Below are positions 53,467 to 64,000 of a DNA stretch of 64,000 nt, one piece after another (within the stretch, counting starts at the first letter, position 1; every line of letters starts with the position of its first letter). The position numbers were made by a program, and so were the translations under genes. The notes beneath the pieces were generated by a model, which was given only the letters and a program-made list of their open reading frames with translations, was not told where the DNA came from and did no database searches. Origin of the DNA: an uncultured Gemmatimonadales bacterium (lineage in GTDB: Bacteria; Gemmatimonadota; Gemmatimonadetes; Gemmatimonadales; GWC2-71-9); the NCBI GenBank assembly GCA_963695555.1, contig CAVOGR010000001.1, positions 192,001 through 256,000 of the forward strand, in the 5' to 3' direction.

Positions 53467-54695
53467 GGCGCCTCTATAACAGAGAAAGGTGTTGCCGTGG
53501 AAACCTTGTCACAAATATCGGCAAAGTTGTGTGCTGCAACGTCCCACCCAAAGGTGCTGCAAACATATGACGCAGCCTGAGCGCCAATGCGCCGCGCTAG
53601 CTCCGGATTCCGAAGGAGCCGTACACAGGCCTGCGCAAACTCGTCTGCAGAGTCGGCGATCAAGAGATGGGTTCCATGAGTCACCGGGAGTCCCTCCGCC
53701 CCGACGGAAGTCGAGACAACGGCGCACCCCATGGCCATGGCCTCGAATATCTTTAGCCGGGTACCACCACCAATCCTCAGCGGAACAATCACCACCGACG
53801 CTCGCGCGAGGAAGGGCCGAATATCGGGCACCCGCCCCGTCACGTCGATACGAGAATCTCGCTCGGCCAGACCCAACGTTGCCTTGGTGGGTTGACGACC
53901 GACGATGGTGAGGGCCGCCTCAGGTATCTCTTGGCGCACTCGTGGGAGAATCGTGCCAACAAAGGATGTTATCCCATCCTCGTTTGGAAGCCAGTCCATT
54001 GAGCCTGTGAATACGAGGAGATTCTGCACGCGTTCCGTATTGGCCACCGGATAAAAGAATGACGTATCAACGCCGGTCGGAACGGCAGACACGGCGTCGA
54101 CGTGGTAGTCCTGTTGCAGGCGCGCGCGATCCTGGTCTGATACGGCGACGACATGGTCGACGTTGTGACATGCAGTCCGCTCAAATGCTACCATGCGCCG
54201 CCATTGAGACCGAAGATAGGCTCGCGTTACGGGATGAGATGCAACTTCCCAGTGTCGACGCCAGATGTCAGCTTCGATATTGTGTTGAAAGAGCACGGTC
54301 GGATGGTGCAACTGAGCCGGAAGGTTGACGGCCGGGAAGAGGAAATCACACACGGCCACATCGATGTGCGTTGTTGTGAGGAGACGTTCACACTCCTGAC
54401 GGAACGCTCGAGAGCGATACTTCCAGACAGCGTACGGAAGGGGTGAGAGCAGGTTATAACAGAGTTCCCTGTAGAAGGCGAACGATTTCTTTTGGCTCGT
54501 CCGAAATGGCACCGTCACTAGCTCTGAGCAGTATTCGTGAGCCTGTTCACGCGACTCTGGGCTCGCCCCGTCGTCCAGTGTCAGGTATGTCACATGATGA
54601 AGGCGATTGAGCACCCGCAGCATGTGGTAGGTCCGGATGCGGCCGCCTTTGTCGAGCGGGTGCAATAGCTCCGTCTTGAGCCACAGGATCCGCAT
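53463..54695 (-). CDS. Glycosyltransferase family 4
   Basis: GGRIRT, HNIE, FTGSMDWLPN.D, VPLRIGGGTRLKIFEAMAMG. Confidence 0.9.
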   Translation of the reverse strand: MRILWLKTELLHPLDKGGRIRTYHMLRVLNRLHHVTYLTLDDGASPESREQAHEYCSELVTVPFRTSQKKSFAFYRELCYNLLSPLPYAVWKYRSRAFRQECERLLTTTHIDVAVCDFLFPAVNLPAQLHHPTVLFQHNIEADIWRRHWEVASHPVTRAYLRSQWRRMVAFERTACHNVDHVVAVSDQDRARLQQDYHVDAVSAVPTGVDTSFFYPVANTERVQNLLVFTGSMDWLPNEDGITSFVGTILPRVRQEIPEAALTIVGRQPTKATLGLAERDSRIDVTGRVPDIRPFLARASVVIVPLRIGGGTRLKIFEAMAMGCAVVSTSVGAEGLPVTHGTHLLIADSADEFAQACVRLLRNPELARRIGAQAASYVCSTFGWDVAAHNFADICDKVSTATPFSVIEAP

Positions 54696-54697
54696 AC

Positions 54698-56658
54698 CTA
54701 GCTGTGTACCTGTGCCGTTGACTTGAGCTCGAGGCCCGGCTGCAGCGGGCTCTCACCATCGAGAAACGTCCGTTGCCACATCTCCAGGTTGATGAGCGAC
54801 CAGAGCCGCTCATCGTGCCCCGGAACCCCGCGGCGATGTTCCGAGATCATTTCCTTAATCAGGCTCTCGTCGAAGAGACCGCGCGACAAAGCCCGTTCGC
54901 CTGCTACGTACTCGTCGAGCAGGTGGGTGAACGGCCCGCGGAGCCACGCGCCCACCGGCACGGGGAATCCCATCTTCCGGCGCTTCAGTATTTCCGGTGG
55001 CAGGAGTCCTTGCATGGCCTTCCGCAGCACTACCTTCGTGGTGAAGCCGCGAAGCTTGAGCCGCGTCGGGAGGGCTGCGGCAAACTCGGCGAGGTGGTGA
55101 TCGAGGAACGGTACCCGGCTCTCGATCGAGGCCGCCATGCTCATCTGGTCCTGCTTCATCAGGAGCTCATGCAGATAGGTCTTCGCGTCGACGTAGAGCA
55201 GCCGGTTCAGGAGGCTGCGAGCCGCCGGTGCCTTCGAGATAGCCATGCATCGCCGCGTACGGATCGATACCGTCAACGTGGGCCCGCACTCGAGGGGCAA
55301 GCAGTCGTTGCTGCATCGCTCGTGGAAAGACGGCGAAATTGTCGAAGTACAGTGCGTCAAGTGTAGCCGGGAGGCACAGAAATGTTCGCTGGAGCCGTCG
55401 CGATAAGGTGGTGGTCTGCCGGCAGCCGCTCGATGGCGCTTTGGACAAAGCTACGAACTCCCGAGGGCACGCCGCGCTCGATACCGCTCGCCAGCCGACA
55501 GCAGGAAGAGCAGTTTGCTGTAGCGGCCGTACCCGGCCAGCATCTCGTCGCTGCCCTCTCCGGTCAGCACGACCTTCACGTGCTGAGCGGCCAATCGCGA
55601 CACGAAGTTCAAGGCCACGCTCGATGGATGGGCGATCGGCTCATCCTCGTGCCAGATCAGGTGTGGGAAGCGCGTCGAAGAACTCGCCGGGACTGACGAC
55701 GACTTCATGGTGGTCGGTACCGAAAGCGCTGCGGCCACGAGCCGGGCGTAGTGAAGCTCGTTGGCCTCTCGCTCCGCAAAGGCCACGGAAAAGGTCTTGA
55801 TCGGCTCATCGACCAGAGTGCTCATCGTGGCGGTGATCGCCGCCGAGTCGATGCCACCGGATAGGAACATGCCGAGCGGCACGTCGGCCATCAGCCGCAG
55901 CCGGACGGCTTCCCGAAATCGTTCGTGGAACTGCGTCGACCAGGTCGGCGTCCGTGCCAGAGAGGACGAGGGAGTCGGGGCGCAGGTCCCAATACTGCGC
56001 GATCTGGATGGTTCCCTCATGCCAGAGGAGCGTGTGCCCCGCCGGAAGACGATAGATGCCGGCAAACAGCGTCTCGTGGCCCGAAGGGGCATGGTTGGCC
56101 AGGTAATCCGGCAGCGCATTGAGATTCAGGCTGGGGCGGACTGCCCCGGCCTCGAGCAGCGCCTTGATCTCGGAGGCAAAGAAGATGGTGCCGTCGTCCG
56201 CCTGGGCATAGTACAGCGGCTTGATGCCGAACCGATCGCGGGCCAGAAACAGTTCACGAGTGCGCCGATTCCAGATAGCGTAGGCAAACATGCCTCGGAG
56301 GCGCTCGGGTGATCGCGGTTCCGTCCTCCTGGTACAGCCGGAGGACGGTCTCGGTGTCGCAGCGCGTTCGGTAGGCATGGCCCCGGCGCTCAAGCTCAGC
56401 CCGGATATCGAGGTGATTGTAGACTTCGCCATTGTACACCATCTGGAGGGATCCATCATCGCTAGCCATGGGCTGATGGCCCCCAGCCACATCGACGATG
56501 CTCAAGCGGCGGTGTCCCAACCCAATGCCCTGCTCGATGAAGAGCCCGCAATCATCCGGCCCGCGGTGGGCGAGGGTGTCGCGCATGCGCTCCAGCACCC
56601 GCGGGTCGATGGACCGCGAGGCCGTTCGAGGGATGGCGATGCCGCAAATACCGCACAT
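54698..56658 (-). CDS. asnB: Asparagine synthase-like glutamine amidotransferase (several frameshifts)
   Basis: MCGICG, HRGPD, HRRLSI.D, NGEVYN, RDRFGIKPLYY, LSGGIDS, GEGSDE, D.MSMA.S.E.RVPFLD, K.GF.VP. Confidence 0.92.
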
Positions 56659-56662
56659 AGAA

Positions 56663-59045
56663 TCAGGATTCCCTGTCGCTCGGGCTGGACTCGACCTGCC
56701 ACGCCCCATCGGCCACCCGGGCGCCACAAACATCCGCGGAACTGGAATGCCCGAAGACTCTGGTCCCTTCGATCGTCATGGCGCTTCCCTGGAGCATCAG
56801 GAACTCCACGGGCGAACCATCCGGCTCTCGGCGGACCCACGCCCAGGCCGCGTCGGTTTCGATGTGGGATGCGGCCACCGCGTCGCCGTTCCCGATCAAG
56901 ATATCATGGTGGCCCTCTGGGCCGGTGATGTGGAACGCTCTCCCGCCAAGGCATTCGAGCTGCTCCGCTTGGTAGCGTTCCGGATCGTGGCGGCAGGAGA
57001 TCAACGTGGTGATGATGTCGGCAGAGCGACTGTTCGGAACGAGATACGTCAATACGGGTGCCTGAATCCGGTGGCCATAACTCGGCGCTACCCACTCGTC
57101 CGACTGGACCAGGGCGCCGTCCCCGGCAAACACGGAGAGCAGGAGTCCGGTACCGGAACCGTCGGTCAACCTCGCCGAGCGGTCTGCGTTCACTATCCGC
57201 AGCCCCGGGGCTGAGTGAAAGTGCACCCGGATGGCGTGACGATCCGTCGACTCCACCCGATCTCGCATGATCCATCCCAAACGCTTGATAAAGAGGACGG
57301 AGCGGATGTGTCGCGCAGTCGGGTCAAGCCGTTGGAACCCGTCGTGAGATCCTTCGAAGAAATCAAAGCGCGGATGGGTCTTCCATGCATGTAGGGCTGG
57401 CCGGGCAACATGCCCCCATCGGAAGGGCCCAGTGGAGCAGGATGAGGAGACCGTATCTAGGGTTACCGTATTGTGGGCGGCCGAGCCGCGAAAGTACTCC
57501 CGCCACCGTGGCTCGGACGTGTAGCAATACGTCCCTGGATCGATCAGGACGGGGCTTCCTTGTGCGGCCAGATCAAAGCTCAACATGTCCGCATGGGCAT
57601 GGCCCCCGGTAGCTGAGCCATGGATCCCACAGTCGATAATCATGTAGTCTGCACGCTCGCCCCACCCGTCGCGCATGACGTAGTAGCCGCCCTCAGAGAA
57701 TGCCTGTGAGGTACGGCCCGGGGGGGACTTGGGTGACGCAGAGAACCGCTCTATGCCGCCCCGACCCAGGAGCCACACGACCTCGGCGCTCGGGGCGCCA
57801 GCGACAAAGCAATAATCAGGCCGTTCAAAGACAATGCCCGCCGTTGCAAGCGTGCCCCGGAAGTCGTTGGGCTCGGTATCCGACAATGTCACGAGCCTGC
57901 CACCATCGTCATCGCCGATCAAAGGGGATGTACCGTCCGGCCGCTGGATGAACATCAGGTGGTCCAATAGGGCTTCGAGCCGGCTACGTGTGGTGTCCCG
58001 GACCGGGAGGGTGTTGGCCTCCGCGAGAATCAGGAAATGCAGGTAGAAGTCGGCGGTGTAACGCTGGTAGTAGGTCGCTTGCTCGAAGTAGACTCCGTCC
58101 TCAAACACCTGGCTCGTGATTTCGCGCTCGAGAATCTCCTGACCCAAGGCCCGCCAGTGTTCGGCCCGCCGCAATTCCGGTAGCAATAGGCCCAGGTAGA
58201 ACAGCCCCAGCGCCTCGCCCGTGAGGTGCGTGTTGGGGCTGAAGAAGGTGGAGAGGTACCGTTCGATGTGGCGTCCATGGAGGTATAGCATCCCCACCAT
58301 GCGCCGATACACCTCCGGGGTCAGTGCTGGAGACAGGCGGAAGTACTGCACCGCCCACAGCCAGGACATGGCACGAAAGGCAACCTCCAGGCTACTGGCC
58401 CAGTTGATTCCCATGCTTGGTGGATTCGCATCCATCCAAGCAGTGAGATGGGCCACCCACGTGCGTGCGTAGCGCTCCTCGCCAGTGAGCCAATAGGCCT
58501 GGCCGAGCGTGGCGAAGTATTGATGGCGGTTGAGCTCCCAGATGACCTTGTGGTCGCCGACTCGGGCCGCATCGAGATACGGGATCCGGCTCCAGTGGAC
58601 CAGCGGGCCTGTCTTTCCGCTCACCGGGTCGAGGTGCCAGTCGATTGGATTGCCGAACGAGAGGCCGCGATATCCCAGAAGATCGAATGCACCGGCCGCG
58701 ATACGCTCCGCCTTTGCTACAATCGCAGCTGCTTGATCGGGAAACCGCTCTCGAACAGCGGCGAGCGTGCCGTCCTTATCGTCGAACGCCGGGAAGAAGC
58801 GGGTTGGCCGAAAGGTGTGGCGCGCACCTGGATAAACCTCGTCGAGTGAGCCGACGCCCGGGTGCAGTCGTTGCCTGACGGCGCGGGTGGACAGCTCGCG
58901 ACCGGAAGAGTTGAATCCCAATCGTTCCAAACGGACGTGTGCGGCTTGGGTGCCGCGCACCCGGATCTCTTCGCAGGCTGGTACGGCGCAGTCTTCGAGC
59001 GATGTGGAGCAACCGTTGCGATGGACTGGTCGATGGGGCTGACAT
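56663..59045 (-). CDS. Heparinase II/III-like (alginate lyase-fold) protein; frameshift near 58975; probably fused to the upstream GT4
   Basis: D.K..WELNRHQ, GINW.S.LEVAFR, NTHL..E, E....Y, GD.D.G, H.HAD.LSF, DPG.Y.Y, HNT. Confidence 0.88.
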
Positions 59046-60115
59046 CTCGGTGGCTACTGTGCCATCCACGAGTTGTTCATACACTCGAAGCACCGCTTCC
59101 AGGTTTGCCGTTCCAACCGCCTGTGGCACGTGAGGAGCAGAGGGTGGGCGGTTCAGCACCTCAGCCACCATCGCGCGGAGTGCTTCAGGATTCGATGGGG
59201 AATGAGGTGCACACCTTCCGGGCGCATCCCGTTGTCTGTTGCGATGACCGGCGTACCGAGCTGGAGCGCCTCTCGCACGGAGAGTGAGTCGCCGTCATAG
59301 TGTGTCGTCCGGAGAACGACATCGCACCCCGCAATGGTCCGAAGCGTGGATTGGTGCGGCACATCGCCACAAAGGAGTATGTGCGGAGCACTTGTGCTGC
59401 CGGCGATGCGCTCGCGGAGCTGCGCTTCGAGCGATCCTGAGCCAATGATGAGCAGGCCGGCGCCGGGAAACTGCGAACGAATACTCTCCATGCAGTCGAT
59501 CTGGAGTTCCAGATCGTATTCAGGCTCCAGCAGGCCTACGGTCACGAGCACGGGGTTGTGTGAGTCGTAGAATGCCTGGAGGCCCTGGGGAAGCGGGGCA
59601 TCCGCGGGAGCCTGGGCAACGAGTGACGATCCCATCGCATGCGGGGACACAAGGCTGACTCGTTCGGCATCACATCCGAATCGACGAAATAGGTCTACGA
59701 GCTCCTGATTGACCGCGATGAGGTGGTCCACTCTCCGTAGTACGAACCCCCGGAGGGTCCATGGGCTGGCTCGCCGCCCCGCAGCCGTCGTGGGATATCC
59801 ACCCGAGTGGAATGTCAAGACGGACTTTGCCCACGGGAGGAGCGAGCAGACCTGGCTGAGGCCCAGGAGCCGAAGAGTGAGATTTCCGCCAATGTGAAGA
59901 TGGAGGATCTCGGACCGGTGCCGAACCAAGAGTCGCACAAGCTCCCACGCGGAGTTCGGGTAGTACACGTTGTTGCTATCGGCTTGACGGTGACGGGTCA
60001 GGTTGACAACCCCGCACTCGATGTTGCGCTGTCGGAGGAAGTCTCTGAGCGCAACGAGGTGGGTTTGTACGCCGCCATGTGGTGGGGGATAGGGACCGAG
60101 TAGCAACACCTTCAT
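59046..60115 (-). CDS. Glycosyltransferase family 4 domain (frameshift near 59200; no stop before the heparinase once corrected)
   Basis: GPYPPP.GGV, TFHSG, G.L.PEY, IG.G, R.T..DGD.LSVREAL..G.PV. Confidence 0.85.
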
Positions 60116-60126
60116 GGAGCAGCCGC

Positions 60127-62302
60127 TCAGGAGAGAACCGTGGTCAGGTCGATGGCCGTGACGGCCCCCGTTTCAGCGGATTCGAGCATGCGGAGGCAGG
60201 CGATGGTTGCACGAGCGCCGTCCATTGCGGTCACGGCCGGCGCCTCCCCCCGACGAATCGCGTCGACAAAGGCCTCCATTTGGGGCAGGTATCCTTTGTC
60301 GGCAAAGAGCCTGGACTTGGCTCGCCGGAGGCGGCCGAATGTGACGAGCCGCTTGAAATCCTGCGTATGGACCGCGCCGCCAGGCCAGAAGGCCTCGAGG
60401 CGTTCACCGGCCGATGTGCCGGTCCCGACCGTCGTGTAGGTCAGGTTTGCGACGGACCCGTCGGCGAACTGAAAGCTCGCAGCGAGATTGTTGGAGCCGA
60501 CGGGCTCCACAACGTCGGTGGGCAAAGAGAATGAGGAAACGGCGAGGGGCTCGGCGTCCAGCAGCCAAGCGAATAGGTCGATAAAGTGCACCGCCTCTCC
60601 CAGGATCGCTCCCCCGATGGCCGGGTCTGCCATCCAATAGGATCCCGCGATGCCCGGTGAGTTCACGCGGCAGTTCAGGACGGCGGGGCTCGATCGTGCG
60701 GCCAGCCGCCGCTTCAGGCTCAGGTAGTCCGGGGCGAAACGACGATTGAAACCGACCGTGACGAACTTGCCGGCTTGGTGTTCGGCTGCAAGGATGGCGC
60801 GGCATTCGTCTTCGGTCAGGGCCATCGGCTTCTCGACGAATACGTGCTTCCCGGCTTCGAGAGCAGCCACGGCCTGGGCCGCGTGATGTTGATTGCGACT
60901 CGCGATGACGACGATGGCAATGTCGGGATCCCGCAGAATCTCCTGGTAGTCCGAGCAGCAGTAGGCTGCGCGAAACCGGGTTGCGTAGGTCCGGCCACGG
61001 GCGCCGCTGGTCGAGTACACGCCACGGAGACGGACGCCGGCGATCTTGGTGAGGCTGGGGAGGTGTTCCCACCGGGCGATGTTGCCGGCGCCGACCAGGC
61101 CAACGCCGAGCTCCCCGCGGAGTGGGGCCGCTTCGGAGATGGACACTCGTCGCTGGGGCCGGGTCGGAACGTCTTGTTGGCCGGCGCGGTCAGCCGCTGG
61201 GTATCGCAACAGAACCGCGAGACTTCGAGTCGAGGAATCCATGATCGTGTCATAGGCTCGACCGGCCTCTTCGAGGGCGAATTCGTGGCTGATGAGCGGC
61301 GCGACATCGATTCGGCCACCCTCGAGCTGCCTTAGGAATTCCTCCATGTTTCTCTGCTCGGTCCATCGCACGTATGGCAGTGGGTAGTCACGCCCCTGCT
61401 TCTCATAAGACGGGTCGTAGCTTCCCGGACCATAGGCACGCGCCATGAAGAGCTGAATCTCCTTGAGGTACATCTCCTCCCACGGAAAGTGCAGGTCCAC
61501 GGCTCCCACGACGACGATTCGCCCCCGGTCTCGACAGATGCGCAAGGCCTGTTGGCTCGGAGCAGCTGACTTGGCTGCGGCCGCCACGATCGCACAGTCC
61601 ACGCCGATGCCGTCGGTTAGGGCTGCGAGATCTTCTTCGTACCGTCTCCCCGCCGACCAGCGCGTGATCCGCTCCCAGTCGCAACGCGATTGCAACGCGA
61701 TCAGGCAGCAAGTCAATCCCGATCGTCTCGGCGCCTTGCAAGCGTGCGAGCTGCAGTGTCAGCTGTCCAACAACACCGAGTCCGATGACGGCAACGCGAT
61801 CGCCGAGTCCAATGTTGGCGATACGGACCGCATTCATGGCAATGCTGCCCAGCGTGGCGAAGCTCGCGTGATCGAAGCCGACTGACTCGGGAACCGGAGC
61901 GACGAGATTGCTACCGGTCACGATGTACTCGGCGTGGCCGGTGCCCTCGCCACCATAGGCAACCCGGGCGCCAACCGCGATATCCGTAACCGTGGGGTGG
62001 CGGTCGACGACGATACCGGCCCCGGAGTATCCCAGTACCGCATAGTCGCGGAACTTGGCGAGGACCTCGGCTGCGGTCCGAAGCGGGCCAGCGGCGCGTG
62101 CTACCCTCAAGACTGTCCGCAGATGGGAGGGGTTGTCTGCGACCTCACGCAAGATGCCGTCACGATGAATGCTCGCAGTCTCGGTCCCGGCGCTGATGAG
62201 CGAGTACTCCGGCCGGACGAGCACGTGATGTGGCTGCACGATAGGATCCGGGACATCTTCGACCACGATATCCTTGAGTCCTTTACGCAGAACCTGCTTC
62301 AT
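60127..62302 (-). CDS. Bi-domain oxidoreductase (MDR/zinc-binding dehydrogenase-like + Gfo/Idh/MocA); frameshift near 61640
   Basis: SLISAGTE, LGYS.AG, GLGVVG, YGPG.YD..YE..G.DYP..YVRWTE.RN; GAGN, EKP, GFNRRF, GE..HFID. Confidence 0.88.
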
Positions 62303-62481
62303 ATCTCGTCCTCAGGCAGCGTCCGGGGCGGCCGAGTCCTCATGACTAAGGCCGCCTGCGGCAAGATGGTGTAATACGTTGCAGTATAACGACTTTGTTG
62401 GCCCATGCCCACCATCCGGTGCCTTGGCGACAAGCCCGCGCGTGCCTAACGAGTTCCAAGCGACGCGATGGACCTGATAAC

Positions 62482-63846
62482 TCACACCCGGGCCATGCCG
62501 ATTGCGGACGCTCCAAGGTCGGAGCCCCGTCGCGCCGGAGAATCGGTCGGTGCGGCACAGCCGAGGCTCGAGATGAGGTGCGCCATCTGCCTCGTCGCAG
62601 ACCATTCGAGGAGCAAGGCCTCGCTTTCCGGTGTTGGGACCAGCGGCTGTGCCTGAAGGGCGGTCTCGAGGGTGCTCTCGATGGCAGCCGGATCGGCTTC
62701 GGTGACCAGGAAATGCCCGCCGACCTGGGCCAGCATTTGCAAGGAGTCCCCGTCGGCGTCACCGAACGCGAGAATGGGCTTTCTCGCGCCGAGGTATTCA
62801 TAGAGTTTGTTGGCCACTTGATGTGGGTTTTTCTGTGCCAGGAGGAGAAGGAGATCTGCCGCAGCAATGACCCGCTGGCACTCTGCATGCGGGATCAAGT
62901 CGATGAATCGTACCAGCGATCCGATCCCGAGTCGGTCGGTGATTTCGTGGAGCGATTGCCCGCCGTAGTAGTGATTAGGGCCGATGAAGTCGACCTGGAC
63001 GTCGGACGCTGTCAGCCCACGTTTGCGTTGGAGTGTGGCCAAGGCACGAAAGAATGGACCCGGGTCCCGATCCTGGTACAAGCTTCCTGTGTGCACGATC
63101 CGAAACGGTCCCGGCCGCCGGGTCGACGCTCGCGGCCGCAGGTGATCGATACCATTCAGCGCCCGGATCACCTTCCTTCGCTGGGCGGATGGGAGCTTTG
63201 CGCGGAGCAGGTTCTGGGTTCCGGTGGTGACGGTGACCACGTGATCGGCTGCTCGAATGCAGCGATCCTCGAACCATCGATTCAGCCCATCCGCCTCCAC
63301 GCTTCGAGTGTGAGCCGGACGGTGCGGATTGTCGACCCACGGATCCCGGAACTCGGCTGCCCAGCGCACCCGAGTCACGGCCTTCACCGCTAAGCCCGCA
63401 AGGTGATCTGAGAATGGGGGAGCGGTGGTGTACAACAGGTCGGTCCGGGACCCGATCAAGTCGATCGCCCTTGCCGCCGCGGGAACGATGAATCCCTGGT
63501 AGTCATCGGGCAGGTAGAGCAGGGACAGGAGATGCCGCTTCCACCACGGGAGTGCCGTCGGCCCTTGGGCCTGGCCCCTCCAGGGCGTAGCGGCTTTGGC
63601 GCTGCGCTGAAGCCTTGTCTGGAGCCAGCTCAAGGCGTGCCGTGGATTCGTGATTGCCCTGACGGTGTGGACCTTGTAACCGGGCTCATCGACCCGCAGC
63701 CGAGCCGATTCTCCGGGTAGGCGAGCGGTAATCACCTGGACCCGGTGCCCAGCCGAGCGGAAGGCCTGGGCGACCTTCGCAGCGCGAAGCGACCCGACGA
63801 CGGGATCGGGCGGAAAGGCATACGCAATCAGGACTACGTCCGTCAC
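62482..63846 (-). CDS. Glycosyltransferase family 4
   Basis: Y.FPP...G..R, T.PP, FRDPW, NG.D, HTGSLY..R.P, K.YEYL. Confidence 0.88.
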   Translation of the reverse strand: MTDVVLIAYAFPPDPVVGSLRAAKVAQAFRSAGHRVQVITARLPGESARLRVDEPGYKVHTVRAITNPRHALSWLQTRLQRSAKAATPWRGQAQGPTALPWWKRHLLSLLYLPDDYQGFIVPAAARAIDLIGSRTDLLYTTAPPFSDHLAGLAVKAVTRVRWAAEFRDPWVDNPHRPAHTRSVEADGLNRWFEDRCIRAADHVVTVTTGTQNLLRAKLPSAQRRKVIRALNGIDHLRPRASTRRPGPFRIVHTGSLYQDRDPGPFFRALATLQRKRGLTASDVQVDFIGPNHYYGGQSLHEITDRLGIGSLVRFIDLIPHAECQRVIAAADLLLLLAQKNPHQVANKLYEYLGARKPILAFGDADGDSLQMLAQVGGHFLVTEADPAAIESTLETALQAQPLVPTPESEALLLEWSATRQMAHLISSLGCAAPTDSPARRGSDLGASAIGMARV

Positions 63847-64000
63847 CTAGCCAATCCGATCCTGTGCGTCCCTTGAGGGCTGAGTATTTTGCATCCTAGC
63901 CCCTGTGTGCATGTTCCAGGCCACTTCACTCGAGGGGGAGCACCGGCTCGCTCCCTGCTGCGGGAGGTCGAGCCCCCGGCACCGGCTCCCTGGACGAGGC

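Noticed and set aside
63945..63974. Hairpin GGCTCG-CTCCC...GGGAG-CGAGCC at the window end
   Set aside because: No U-tract, and it probably lies in the 3' end of a minus-strand gene entering from beyond the window (...SEPVLPLE*).

Overview
High-GC bacterial chromosomal window. Gene content (PorX-like RR-PglZ, PASTA-only protein beside rpe, Omp85-like barrel) suggests Gemmatimonadota or a related FCB-group diderm, but this is an inference. (1) 1-15 kb: an FTR1 iron permease converges on a ~14 kb minus-strand housekeeping run: yebC-ruvC-ruvA-(small Zn-ribbon ORF)-ruvB-queA-tgt-yajC-def-fmt-thiE-thiS-thiG-rsmB-PASTA-rpe-tlpA-tsaD-lgt. (2) 15-38.8 kb: envelope/LPS and mixed genes, including GT9, PorX-like RR-PglZ, MsbA-like ABC, glycosyltransferases, a patatin-ferredoxin fusion, class V PLP enzyme, tyrS, PBP1A, amidohydrolase, an HNH gene with a structured leader, DUF4390-like/Omp85-like/sigma54 two-component genes and VanZ. 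(3) 38.9-64 kb: a convergent exopolysaccharide locus with many tailoring enzymes (CapK-like ligase, DUF362, sulfotransferase, deacetylase, formyltransferase, AsnB-type amidotransferase, heparinase II/III-like, bi-domain oxidoreductase) and a tandemly duplicated beta-helix gene. Many genes, including essential ones, carry single-base indels that look like long-read consensus errors. Correcting them by eye reveals two hidden features: a CxxC-CxxC microprotein coupled between ruvA and ruvB, and a probable GT4-heparinase II/III fusion. No rRNA, tRNA, CRISPR array, transposase or integrase was recognised.
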